Assembly: GCA_963775685.1 (NCBI GenBank)
Contig: CAVZJV010000014.1
Coordinates: 1,024,001-1,088,000 of the forward strand
Reading direction: 5' to 3'
Length of the DNA stretch: 64,000 nucleotides
Source: Candidatus Bathyarchaeota archaeon
Lineage (GTDB): Archaea > Thermoproteota > Bathyarchaeia > Bathyarchaeales > Bathycorpusculaceae
The notes under the pieces were generated by a model. The model was not told where the DNA came from, searched no databases, and worked only from the letters and a program-made list of their open reading frames with translations. Positions within the stretch are counted from its first letter, which is position 1. Each line of letters begins with the position of its first letter. A program made the position numbers and the translations under genes. Below, piece by piece: positions 32,320 through 42,247 of the stretch.

Positions 32320-32850
32320 TTATATTTTGACATGATTTTTCTCTATTTCGATGATTAATCGAGCAAGTAGAGTTGGTTCTAGGCGAAAGCCTTTAGTTAC
32401 CATGGTTAGCACCGTTTCTTTGGCTTGCGTTTCACTGATAAGGCCTTTTCTTAGGGCTGATATGATCACATAGATTGTTCCCTTTACTTTTAGCCCCCAA
32501 GCCTCTGCGAATGCGCGTCCAGCTGATTCGTCCATCAGTAGCAATAATTTCATTTCGTGCGCCAAGACTATTGCTTGAGCTTCTCCTTGGTGGATTTCAT
32601 TGGCGTTCTCAGAGATCTTTTGGAGTATACTTTGGTCTTTGGAGGTTAGTTTGGAGGGCTTTATCCAGCCTTCATTTATGCATTCTTTTATGGTCTGGGC
32701 GTCGGTGAATCCGCCTTGTAATCCTTTTTCTACGGCTTCTGTATACACTTCTTGAGGTATAATTACTTCCGCAAAGAGATCTTTTAGGAGGGTTATTTTA
32801 CCCACTTTTGCAAGCCATATGAGGGGGCTGGTGTCTGAGATTATGGGCAA
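32320..32850 (-). CDS. DUF3368 PIN-like toxin
   Basis: ISDTSPLI, PQEVYTE, GEAQAIVLA, LLMDE, GT. Confidence 0.85.
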   Translation of the reverse strand: MPIISDTSPLIWLAKVGKITLLKDLFAEVIIPQEVYTEAVEKGLQGGFTDAQTIKECINEGWIKPSKLTSKDQSILQKISENANEIHQGEAQAIVLAHEMKLLLLMDESAGRAFAEAWGLKVKGTIYVIISALRKGLISETQAKETVLTMVTKGFRLEPTLLARLIIEIEKNHVKI

Positions 32851-32862
32851 GGTCTTTTCCTT

Positions 32863-33180
32863 TTAGGGTTTGAGGTCTTCTTCGAGGTCTTGTTGGGAAT
32901 ATTGTAGGAGGATGCCTTTTTCAGTTAAGAGTTTATAGAAGTTCCACAGCGAGATGTTTGCTAGCTGGGCTGCTTTCCAGCCTGTTATGCGCCCTTTTTG
33001 GTATAGCTCTATTGCGTACTCTATGTTTTTTTCTTCGATGCCTTCTTCTAAGATTTCGCGTATCAGGGTTGATCGGTCTTTTTCTTCTTTTTTAGCTATT
33101 TCGCGAAGTTTTTTTGCTGTTTCTTTGGATAGTCTTAGACATATTGTTTCAGACTCGGACATTACTTCCACGCAATACAA
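32863..33180 (-). CDS. UPF0175 family antitoxin (N-terminal RHH)
   Basis: DRSTLIRE, AIELYQKGRITGWKAAQLANISLWNF. Confidence 0.85.
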   Translation of the reverse strand: MYCVEVMSESETICLRLSKETAKKLREIAKKEEKDRSTLIREILEEGIEEKNIEYAIELYQKGRITGWKAAQLANISLWNFYKLLTEKGILLQYSQQDLEEDLKP

Positions 33181-33265
33181 AATATATCAAATGTAATTAT
33201 ATATGTATTGCACCGTTTTTAGCTTACATAAGAGTGCAACAACCCATTGATTACGTCGAAGTCAT

Positions 33266-33445
33266 GTTTAGGTGCTCGCCAACTCATGTGCCTTGAGAAT
33301 GATGACGGCGCAACCAAAGTTTTGCGACGTTAATTTTGATAAGAATTAGTGTTTGATTGCTGTTGCAACCGGTCTACAGAAAGCAGTTACAGCAGCAACA
33401 ACAACTTCTCTGGCTTTTCTGGCCAAAACTAATCAAACCCTCGAA
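33266..33445. repeat. Dispersed repeat copy (core plus right arm)
   Basis: GTTTAGGTGCTCGCCAACTCATGTG..GCGCAACCAAAGTTTTGCGACGTTAATTTTGATA..GAATTAGTGTTTGATTG shared with 27874-28045. Confidence 0.85.
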
Positions 33446-33639
33446 AGCTAAATGGGTAAGTTTTGGTAGATGCACAGTCGATGTGCAAACTCGTTTGCAG
33501 CAGCCCATCGGTGGCAGCAATTTCTCTTCAAAATCGTGCACTTGAGCTTTTTTAATGAATATTCCTTCGCTGGAAAAGAAAAGGGATCCCTAACCTTTAT
33601 GTGGGGAGAGAAAATATTGAAGCTTTTTCTGAATTTTTG

Positions 33640-35142
33640 TTATGGAGTTCCATATACTGAGCGATCTGATCTTTTGACAGAAGAATTTTCTGATTTTGCA
33701 TCTGAATAGTTTATGTATACTGTTTTTAGCTCGGTAAATTCACTTGTGCCTTCGGGTCCGCTTTCCCGGTTATATCCCGAAGATTTAACTCCTCCAAAGG
33801 GCAGATGCACCTCACTTCCAACGGTTGGATGGTTAACGTAAGTCTGCCCAGATTGCAATTTCTTAATCGCAGTAAAAGCACTTGAAATATTACTAGTGTA
33901 AATCGCAGAGCTCAGACCATAATCGACAGAATTTGCAATTTCTATGGCGTCGTCCAAGTTTTTCGCTGAGATAAATGATACAACGGGTCCAAAAATCTCT
34001 TCTTGACAAATTCTCATTTGTGGTGTGCAGTTTGTGAACAGTGTAGGTTCAAAAAACCAACCTTTAAGCCCGCATGGAACTTTTCCTCCAATAAGTAGTT
34101 TTGCACCTTCATCTAGACCTATTTGACAGTATTGTTTTGTTTTCTCTTGCGCTTTTTTGTTAACTAAAGGACCAATATCTGTTTCTTTTTCCAGCCCATT
34201 TCCTATTTTAAGCCTCTTAATTTGCTCCATCACCATTTTTTCTAGTTTTCCCTTAATTTTGTGATGGACAATTACTCTTGAAGAAGCAGTGCATCTTTGT
34301 CCAGTCGTTGAATATCCACCCCAGATAACGGCATCGACGGCTAGATTGAGGTCTGCATCATCCATGACAATTAGAGGGTTTTTGCCGCCCAGCTCTAAAC
34401 TAACCCGTTTGACACCTGCTTCATGCATGATTTTGGCACCAGTGTCTTTATGCCCGCAAAAAGAGACCATTCGAACCCTCTTGTCCGTAATAAAAGTGTT
34501 CCCAACGACATCCCCCGGTCCCGTAACAAGATTAATAACACCTCTTGGAATTCCGGCTTTCTCAAGAATTTTAATTAACTCATATGCACATGAGGGGGCT
34601 TCCGAAGATGGTTTAAAGACAACTGTATTTCCGCAAACTAGGGAATAGAATATTTTGCGAGCCGGAATCATTATTGGAAAGTTCCAGGGCGTAATTAGAG
34701 CTACGACACCTATGGGTAGTCTTAAAGTGAAGGCAAATTTGTCAGGTTTTTCAGAAGTTGTTGTGTGGCCGAGGAGTCTACAGCCTTCCCCTGCCGCATA
34801 ATAGGCAACGTCGATGGCTTGTTGAATGTCTGCTCTTGAATCTGTGAGGATTTTTCCCATCTCACGAGTCATCGTTTGGGATAGCTCTTCTTTTTGTGAC
34901 TGTAGAAGCTCCCCTGCTTTGATAAGGTAACGTGCTCTTTCTGGTGGAGGTGTTGCTGCCCAAGATTCAAAGGCGTCGTCTGCCGCATCGATAGCACTCT
35001 TTGCGTCCAAGACAGCACCTCTTTGGAAAGGTCCCAAAACTTCGTGTGGATCAGCAGGGTTAACTCTGGTATATGTTTCGCCAGATTTTGAGTCTTCCCA
35101 TCTGCCATCGATAAAAAATCTGTATTTCAAAGAGCTGCCCAA
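33640..35142 (-). CDS. NAD(P)-dependent aldehyde dehydrogenase
   Basis: ITPWNFP, FKPS, LELGGKNP, GQRCTA, EEIFGPV, PFGGVK. Confidence 0.95.
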   Translation of the reverse strand: MGSSLKYRFFIDGRWEDSKSGETYTRVNPADPHEVLGPFQRGAVLDAKSAIDAADDAFESWAATPPPERARYLIKAGELLQSQKEELSQTMTREMGKILTDSRADIQQAIDVAYYAAGEGCRLLGHTTTSEKPDKFAFTLRLPIGVVALITPWNFPIMIPARKIFYSLVCGNTVVFKPSSEAPSCAYELIKILEKAGIPRGVINLVTGPGDVVGNTFITDKRVRMVSFCGHKDTGAKIMHEAGVKRVSLELGGKNPLIVMDDADLNLAVDAVIWGGYSTTGQRCTASSRVIVHHKIKGKLEKMVMEQIKRLKIGNGLEKETDIGPLVNKKAQEKTKQYCQIGLDEGAKLLIGGKVPCGLKGWFFEPTLFTNCTPQMRICQEEIFGPVVSFISAKNLDDAIEIANSVDYGLSSAIYTSNISSAFTAIKKLQSGQTYVNHPTVGSEVHLPFGGVKSSGYNRESGPEGTSEFTELKTVYINYSDAKSENSSVKRSDRSVYGTP

Positions 35143-35319
35143 TGGAAACTATTAATCGTGTAACTACTTTTGTTTTTTGGTAAAATAAGAGTTGAGATTT
35201 TTGTTAATTTTAAACGTCTGCTTAGGTAATAAAGAATAGAAAACTCAGTTGTGCTGTAAACCCAATTTGCGGCACTGACTCTTGTTATGTCTAAGATTAT
35301 TGTAGGTGTATGATTGTAC

Positions 35320-35976
35320 TTACTCGAAGAGTTCGCCATAAACGCTTTTTAGCTTCTTGTATGTTTGGGCGCATTCAATGGAATCGAAAATGTATTTTTT
35401 GCCGTTAAGTGTTTCGACGTGTGGTTCTCCCATTATTGATTTTGAGCAGGTATAGCATTTTAGTTCAAAATTGTTACTTGGATTTATCTTCTCAACGTTT
35501 GGTTTGCTTTCGTTTATTGCAGTAGTTGATGGCTTTGTGGTTTGTTTTGGTTCTATTTTCTTAAGCAAGATCCTGTGGGCTAATCGTAGCAGTTCTTCTT
35601 TATTTTCGAAAGATACTTGCTGCTGCTTTCCTAAGTCAATTTTTTCTGTCCCTAAATCCACTATTATTTTTCTTCCTAAGTCACGTTGCCTAAAATATAT
35701 GAATTGTTTGCCTGCATGTCTGGCTAAACTTAGTTCTTTTCTAATCTCACCTGACAAATCGAACCCTGGTGTAATTAAAAGAATGAATACTTCGCTTTCC
35801 TGAATTGCCCTGTCCCTGACGTTTTCCCATTCTTCTTTGAAGCCTATTTTTTGCGGTATATCGTCGGTGTCAAAGAAGGCATGTAAACCCATTTCTTCTA
35901 ATCCATTTTTTAGATGTTTAGCAAAATCCAAACCGGAACTTTTTTTGTGGCAGATGAAGACGTCAAAAGGTTTCAA
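35320..35976 (-). CDS. TIR-domain protein with C-terminal TRASH/YHS-like metal-binding domain
   Basis: FDVFICH, AFFD, AIQESEVFILLITP, EIRKELSLA; C-terminal CYTC..YIFDSIECAQTY. Confidence 0.8.
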   Translation of the reverse strand: MKPFDVFICHKKSSGLDFAKHLKNGLEEMGLHAFFDTDDIPQKIGFKEEWENVRDRAIQESEVFILLITPGFDLSGEIRKELSLARHAGKQFIYFRQRDLGRKIIVDLGTEKIDLGKQQQVSFENKEELLRLAHRILLKKIEPKQTTKPSTTAINESKPNVEKINPSNNFELKCYTCSKSIMGEPHVETLNGKKYIFDSIECAQTYKKLKSVYGELFE

Positions 35977-36044
35977 GTTTTTGGCCCAATGATTTAATTG
36001 GGTGTTTTCGAATTTAACGGTATTGCTGGCGTTTTGTTATTGTG

Positions 36045-36893
36045 TTATTTTTGGCTTAAGGCTTCGATGTTTTCGGCGACTGTATTTAGGTGGGTTGCGA
36101 AAGGATGCTGGGGCTGTTTGATTGAAAAGAGAAATTCGTGTCGGTTGAATTGGATATCACAGTAGCATGGAATCGATCCGATAACTTGGGCTCCGACTAC
36201 TCTTTCAAGTTCGGATATCCAAGTTTTCTCGTCTGAAAGTGATTTTTCAAAGTATGAAGCGCCGGGAACCTTATTTAGAATGATATAGTATTTAGAGCCG
36301 AATCTTGTCAGGGAATCATAGATGTCGTTTATCATTTTTCTGGTCCCCTCAATATCCATGTCGCTGTCTTTTAGCAGCAAATACATAAAATCAGCAGTTG
36401 CCAACGTGTTTATAGACCAATACCTAACGCCAGGGCTTGTATCCAAAAATAAAAAATCTAATTGATGTTTCTCGAATAGTTCTTTTTTGGCCGCTAAAAA
36501 TCTTCTCAAAGCGGCAAGTTGCCATTTGCTGTCATGTCTAAGTTCGATTTCGTTAATATCTTCTTTTCTGGTGCTGGAAAATCCGACGAGAAATTTGCCC
36601 TTTACGCCCAGCTCTTCGGTTAAGTCGAATAGGATATCGTCGATTTCAGCTTGACCGGCGAGAAGATCGTTTAGATAAGAACTGGGTTTTTTTCTGAAGT
36701 AAGTAGAAAGAGATGCTGCGAATAAATCAAAATCTATCAAACCAACATTGTATCCCTTTGAGGCAAAGTTTGCAGCTACGTTCGTTATCAATGTTGTTTT
36801 TCCAGTTCCGCCTTTATATGAGTGAAAAGCAATAGTTTTTTTGCAAGGCAATTTTGTCCCTGATATTGCTACTCGGGTTGTACCTAATAACAT
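36045..36893 (-). CDS. MinD/ParA-family ATPase
   Basis: IAFHSYKGGTGKTT deviant Walker A, LIDFD, LDTSPG, ILNK. Confidence 0.9.
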   Translation of the reverse strand: MLLGTTRVAISGTKLPCKKTIAFHSYKGGTGKTTLITNVAANFASKGYNVGLIDFDLFAASLSTYFRKKPSSYLNDLLAGQAEIDDILFDLTEELGVKGKFLVGFSSTRKEDINEIELRHDSKWQLAALRRFLAAKKELFEKHQLDFLFLDTSPGVRYWSINTLATADFMYLLLKDSDMDIEGTRKMINDIYDSLTRFGSKYYIILNKVPGASYFEKSLSDEKTWISELERVVGAQVIGSIPCYCDIQFNRHEFLFSIKQPQHPFATHLNTVAENIEALSQK

Positions 36894-36967
36894 TATTCTA
36901 AACCATCAAAAAGAAAGAACCGTTGTTCACTTTTGAAGCCCATTTTTTGGCATTTGAATTATCTTTG

Positions 36968-38230
36968 CTAGGTGGTCTGTTCTTTTGATTCTTTGATTAG
37001 TTTGCCGACTTTGTTAAGGTGTTCTTTTATTTTTCTCGCATTAATTTTGCTTGAAGGTAGAGTTTCATTTGCGCGAAGTACCGGAATAATTGATAGGAAA
37101 ATAATTGCGCTTAGTATGGGTGATAGCAGCCCCGTTGAAATTCCTTGTATTTCTAGAAAATTTAGTATTGAGCTTGAACTCGTGAATATTGTCAAAGGAA
37201 CGATGGTTCCAAGGGCGTAGAATTTTTCTTTAGAAAGCGTAGATGAAACATCACCTGGAACAGTTAAATAAATAGCAAAAAGGAATCCCCAAGCGATTCC
37301 GTAGACGGAGTAATAAATCAGTATGGTTTGGGGTATTTGCGCAAAGCCAAGTAAAGCAAAGCTGATTCCTATCAAAACAAGTGCGATCACGATTGGTTGT
37401 TTGCGGCCAAATCGGTCTGCAAGTAATCCTGCGATTACGCCTGAAAACGCCGTGAAAACGTAACCTATCTCAACTCCAAGGTTTCGAGCTGTTTCAATAT
37501 CTGGACTTTTTGATAGACTTGCGCTTGACCAATCCAAAAGGCCAGCTGCTAGGTTAAACAATATCCATGGAAAGAGGTACAAGGCGAAATTGTTGTTCTT
37601 TATGACTGATCTCCAAGAATCTATTTTTGGGAGTTTTCTTTCACATTTGTCAAAGATCAATGGAATGAATCCTGAACATCTTAAGAGCACACAAAATGCT
37701 ACAATTCCGATGATCCCGGTACCTAAAAGGGGAATTATTGCAATACCCATGAAAGTCAAGATGAAAGTTATTAGGATGATCAATCCTGAGACGCGTCCCC
37801 TTTCTTCGCTCTCGGTAGAGTCGGCGAGGAAAGCTGCGATGCTGGGAAAACCAAATCCAACTGAAAATCCTAAGAGGCCGCTCAGTATCAAGGAGAATAT
37901 AACTCCCTGAAAGACCAGAATTGATAACGAAGCAGAAACCCCCATAATTGTCCATAGACTAAGTAGATTCCTGCGGCCCATCTTTTTGCTTACCGAGCTT
38001 CCTATTAAAGCCGAAAAAGCACCAAGTCCATAGAATAGCATTAGGTCAACATCAGCCCAAAAGCTACTTACCGCAAGACTATCAAATATTTGAAAAAAAT
38101 AAATATTAATAAGAAAAAACCATGCCAGAGAACTGGAAATAAGCAATGTTATTAAAATGAACTTTTTTAATGTGATTTTTAAGTCATCAGTGAAAAGAGA
38201 GCTGAATCTATCACTCATTATCGAGCCCAA
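36968..38230 (-). CDS. MFS transporter
   Basis: About 12 TM helices, GSSVSKKMGRR and GLLADRFGRK motif A, EERGRVSG. Confidence 0.85.
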   Translation of the reverse strand: MGSIMSDRFSSLFTDDLKITLKKFILITLLISSSLAWFFLINIYFFQIFDSLAVSSFWADVDLMLFYGLGAFSALIGSSVSKKMGRRNLLSLWTIMGVSASLSILVFQGVIFSLILSGLLGFSVGFGFPSIAAFLADSTESEERGRVSGLIILITFILTFMGIAIIPLLGTGIIGIVAFCVLLRCSGFIPLIFDKCERKLPKIDSWRSVIKNNNFALYLFPWILFNLAAGLLDWSSASLSKSPDIETARNLGVEIGYVFTAFSGVIAGLLADRFGRKQPIVIALVLIGISFALLGFAQIPQTILIYYSVYGIAWGFLFAIYLTVPGDVSSTLSKEKFYALGTIVPLTIFTSSSSILNFLEIQGISTGLLSPILSAIIFLSIIPVLRANETLPSSKINARKIKEHLNKVGKLIKESKEQTT

Positions 38231-38291
38231 TAAGTTTTAAATGCAATCAGATGATATTATATTTTTGCCTATTGAGGAGGTGGAAATTTTT

Positions 38292-38558
38292 ATGGGAGAA
38301 CATGTAAAAAATGACGAAGAAGAACAAAAGCGTCTTCGGATGGAATATCTGGAGATAGCTTCTGTCGTGAATACCATTTTAGAGAGAAGATATTTCCCTG
38401 CTGTTATTGAAGCACTTAAAAATAAAAGCAATGAAAAATTTGAAAAAGTCTGCAACGACGCTCAGATACCCCCTCTTGCAAGACCCTTACTTTGGAAAAC
38501 ACTAAATGATGTCTATAAAGCAAGGAAAAATAATAACCCTTGGATGACTGGAGCCTAA
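38292..38558 (+). CDS. 88-aa ComX-like candidate precursor peptide ending NNNPWMTGA
   Basis: GGAGGTG SD at 38276-38282 before ATG 38292, TTTTAAAT TATA-like box near 38236; ORF ends 1 nt from the convergent prenyl synthetase stop. Confidence 0.6.
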   Translation: MGEHVKNDEEEQKRLRMEYLEIASVVNTILERRYFPAVIEALKNKSNEKFEKVCNDAQIPPLARPLLWKTLNDVYKARKNNNPWMTGA

Positions 38559-38559
38559 A

Positions 38560-39592
38560 TTAGAAACGTAATGCATTGATTTCATCGTGGAATTTTTGGT
38601 TCAGACTTAAAAGCACATGCTTTGAAAAACTATGTCTAAGCACTTTCATGCAATTGGCCGTTGCATCCATATTTTTATTAAAAATATTATCCATATAGTT
38701 GTAGGCGTCGCTCTCAAAGTATATTTCCAAAATATTTCTAATTGTTGAGGGTGGGTAGTCGTTGGTCTTTAGAATTTCCTTAATTTTTAATCGTCTATTC
38801 TCTGAAGATTTAGCCGCAAAGAGTAAAGGCAAAGGAACACTTTCGTATTTTAGCCGATGAACTAAACTTCCTTCTATGTTTAGAGAGTCTTTCACTTCAT
38901 CCACTATCCTTGATGCGAAACCTATTCTTCGGCCAAACTCTGCAAGGGCTTGTACTTCCTCGTCCGATCCGTCACCGAGAATTGCTCCGATTCTTGTGCA
39001 AGCCTCAGTTTCAGCCATGGCTTTCCACAGAATTCCTATGTGATCTTGTAATTCAATGTTCAGTTTTTTCCGGCTGGAGTTTTCTATAAATTCAGCCTCG
39101 CACATTTCAGTGCATAGATCTCCGTAGATTTTTGTTATCTTCGCTATCTTTGCAGGATTCTTGCTACTTTCAATCATCTGGCTAATTTTGGACCAGCCTT
39201 TGATTATCAAAAGGTCTCCTACTAAGAGCGACTTGTTGAGTCCGTATTTTCCTAAAACAGTCATATTGAGATGCTTGTTTGCGGATTTGTCGATAATGTC
39301 GTCGTGAATTGAAATGCCTGTGGAAGCTAGGCGTGAACATTAGTCCCGCGTTGTCTGCGTCTTTACTGTTGCCTCCAACAGCCTCGCAGGCAAGTGAAGT
39401 CAAGGCTGGCCTGAATGAGTCTTTTCGTTTTTCTTTTATTGCTTGAAGAATCTCCAATAATTTTGAGTTGTGTATTCCTTTGATTATGTCTTGTTGAAAT
39501 TTTTTGTGTATTCTACTGCCTCTTTCTTCGATTATAGAATCTAACTCGCTGAGACTCAGAAAGGTTTTTTCAGTCATTTGTCGATTACTCAT
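38560..39592 (-). CDS. Atypical polyprenyl synthetase-fold (ComQ-like) enzyme; apparent +1 frameshift near 39330
   Basis: FRPAL..ACEAVGG, then IHDDIIDKS (FARM) in the shifted frame, LLVGD, EFGRRIG, DEVKD (degenerate SARM). Confidence 0.8.
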
Positions 39593-39770
39593 ACTTCTCT
39601 TTTTGGTGATACCTTTAATAGTTTTTCATTATTGAAAAGAAGTTCTTTGTATAGTTTAGAATCTTTTAATTTGTTCATAAAATTTTTGACTCTGCAACAA
39701 TTGACTTTGCATTAGTTATCTTTCCGAAGAATCTAAATAGTAAATGCAACTATGAGATAGTGGTGTTATT

Positions 39771-40919
39771 TTGAAGATGAGCATTATAACTTCAGAAATA
39801 ACCGAGAGAATGACTTCTTCTGAATTGATTGATAAACTGAACCGTTTCATTCCGGATTTGAATCAGGTGGAAGCGTACTTAAAAGGAGATCCCGAGGAAT
39901 TAATTTCCAGTTTTTTTCCTCTTAAAAAGCATGGGTCGAAAATTAAACCCGCTGATTCAGTGATCGATAGCAAGAAGAAACAAAAGAAACTACTTTTGGA
40001 GGAGGGTCTTCGAGCGCTTCAAAAGATTCGGTTGAATAAAGACGTAAAGCTTGATCGGAAAGAAAGATTTGCATTGTGCTCAATTGTAGTAAACATCGGG
40101 CGACCTGCTTTACTAATTCAAAACGACCATTTCCCTCAAAAGAGTAAAGATGGTAAAAGCAGTGGGCTTCCGCCTAATTGGTGGATACTTGATGAATATC
40201 GAGGCGAAATAGAAAAGACCTGCAAAAGTGTTGGTCGAATAGAGCATTCTGACCCATATAGTGCAAAGGAACTTGAGGATCCTGATGCAGACGATGGGAC
40301 AGGTTTTCTTATTGCAGAGGATATTGTTATTACAAATAAGCATGTCATAGATGCTTTTGCTTTTCTGGGAGATAATAAGAAATGGAAAATAAGGGATTCC
40401 TATAATCCAAGAATAGATTTCGCTGAGGAATATGACTCAAAAGTTGAATGCGAATTTGCTGTCAAGAGTGTAATCGGGGTGCATGAAACCTTAGAAATTG
40501 CTCTTGTTAGAATAGAGACTAGGTCGTGCCAAGGTACAAGCTTACCTGAGCCTCTTGTTCTTGATTCTGAGTTGCCAGAGCCGACTGAAAATAGAAATGT
40601 CTACTTAGTAGGTTACCCATTTCAAGGTTACCCCGAGGACAATCCTAGAGATCTTGAGCTCATATTCAACGACATTTTGGGTTACAAACGTTTGCAACCT
40701 GGTGTGGTGAGAGGAAAAGAAGTGAAAAGTCGGTCGCTCTACCACGATTGCACAGCTATTGGGGGCAATTCGGGTTCATGTGTTGTTGATCTCGAAAGGA
40801 ACAAGGTTATTGGGCTTCATTATGGTGGCAAAATAACAAACGAATTCAATGAGGCAGTCAGTTTGTCGTTGCTGAAAAATGATTCCTTATTTTCGAAGGT
40901 TGGAATAAAATTTAGTTAA
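39771..40919 (+). CDS. Trypsin-like serine protease
   Basis: GRPALLI, SVGRIE, GTGFLI, TNKH, VGYP, KRLQPG, HDC..GGNSGS, IGLHYGG. Confidence 0.9.
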   Translation: MKMSIITSEITERMTSSELIDKLNRFIPDLNQVEAYLKGDPEELISSFFPLKKHGSKIKPADSVIDSKKKQKKLLLEEGLRALQKIRLNKDVKLDRKERFALCSIVVNIGRPALLIQNDHFPQKSKDGKSSGLPPNWWILDEYRGEIEKTCKSVGRIEHSDPYSAKELEDPDADDGTGFLIAEDIVITNKHVIDAFAFLGDNKKWKIRDSYNPRIDFAEEYDSKVECEFAVKSVIGVHETLEIALVRIETRSCQGTSLPEPLVLDSELPEPTENRNVYLVGYPFQGYPEDNPRDLELIFNDILGYKRLQPGVVRGKEVKSRSLYHDCTAIGGNSGSCVVDLERNKVIGLHYGGKITNEFNEAVSLSLLKNDSLFSKVGIKFS

Positions 40920-40933
40920 AGATTTGGTTTACT

Positions 40934-41962
40934 TTGGAGACTTGTGAAGATGTGGCAATCGTAGGAGGGGGGCCGGCAGGAGCCTTCTGTGCGTTTGAGC
41001 TTGCCAAAAAGGGGATCTATGCCTCTTTTTTTGATCATTCCCATCCTAGAGAAAAATCCTGTGGGGGCGGAATTTCGCCTTATGCTATCAAAAAATTTCC
41101 TTTCTTAGAAAGGTTCCGTTCACAAACAGTCAGCCCAGGCCTTCTTAAAATGATTTCCTGCACCGATAAGCAAGTGGCTGTGGTTAGATATGAAGGATTT
41201 AGTTTATCTCGAAAATATTTTGATGAACAAATTATTGAAATGGCATTGCAGAAGGGCGCAAGAATAATTAAAGAAAAAGTTTTGGGAATTAAGAGAAAGC
41301 AGAGTCTTTGGGAGATAAAAACGGACAAACAGTTTTATTTAGCCCGAAATGTTGTTGGAGCAGATGGAATAAATAGTTTGGTCCGTCGACAGACCACAGG
41401 ACCTATTCCGAGGGAAAACCTTGGATTAACATACGGATATATGGTAACTGGACTTGAAGACGAACCTATAACAGTAAAATTTGTTGCTGAAATTCCCGGT
41501 TATATCTGGATTTTTCCTCGGCGAACCAACACATGTATAGGTATAGGCAGCGAAGCAAAATATGGCAACACACTAAAACAAATCCTAGACGCATTTATTC
41601 GTTCTTACAGTCCGCAGGTGAAGGTAACATCAAAATTTTCAGCTATGCTTCCTTGGGCAACAAATCCTGATTTCTTTTCGTTTCCTTGTTCGATGGAAAA
41701 TGGTGTTTTAATCGGTGATGCTGCAGGGCACGCTGATCCGGTGACTGGTGAAGGTATTTTGTATGCATTATGGTCGGGCAAACTTGCCGCAAAGGCTATA
41801 GCAAAAGATGACTTGAGATTGTATGATAAACTTTGGATGAAAGAGTATGGAAACTATCTCATTGATCGGTGCCAGAAGAAAAACAATTGTTACAATCCTA
41901 TGTTGATAGAATTTTATGTTGCTACGCTTTCTCTAAAGAAGAAACGTGGATCTTTCGCCTAA
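40934..41962 (+). CDS. Geranylgeranyl reductase-family FAD oxidoreductase
   Basis: VGGGPAG, CGGGI, GADG, GYIWIFP, IGDAAG..PVTGEGI. Confidence 0.9.
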   Translation: METCEDVAIVGGGPAGAFCAFELAKKGIYASFFDHSHPREKSCGGGISPYAIKKFPFLERFRSQTVSPGLLKMISCTDKQVAVVRYEGFSLSRKYFDEQIIEMALQKGARIIKEKVLGIKRKQSLWEIKTDKQFYLARNVVGADGINSLVRRQTTGPIPRENLGLTYGYMVTGLEDEPITVKFVAEIPGYIWIFPRRTNTCIGIGSEAKYGNTLKQILDAFIRSYSPQVKVTSKFSAMLPWATNPDFFSFPCSMENGVLIGDAAGHADPVTGEGILYALWSGKLAAKAIAKDDLRLYDKLWMKEYGNYLIDRCQKKNNCYNPMLIEFYVATLSLKKKRGSFA

Positions 41963-42247
41963 AACTTCCTAATTTTGGTACAAAAATTGACTGCATTAAT
42001 TCCAATAAAGTTAATTAGAAATTTTAGATTACTTTAATTACGGAAATTCGTGAGCCAAATCTAGTCTGTCTTTGAAATCGTTTTTTTTTAAAAGTTGCGT
42101 ATAGCATGAAGGGTACCGAATTTTCTGTAATATTGTAAGGTTTATGATCACATTTTTTGTTCTTATCTCTAATTTTTTTTGATCTTAGTGATTATTTTGT
42201 TGACATAAATAAAAAAGGTGGAATAATTATTTGTATTATTCTTAGCC

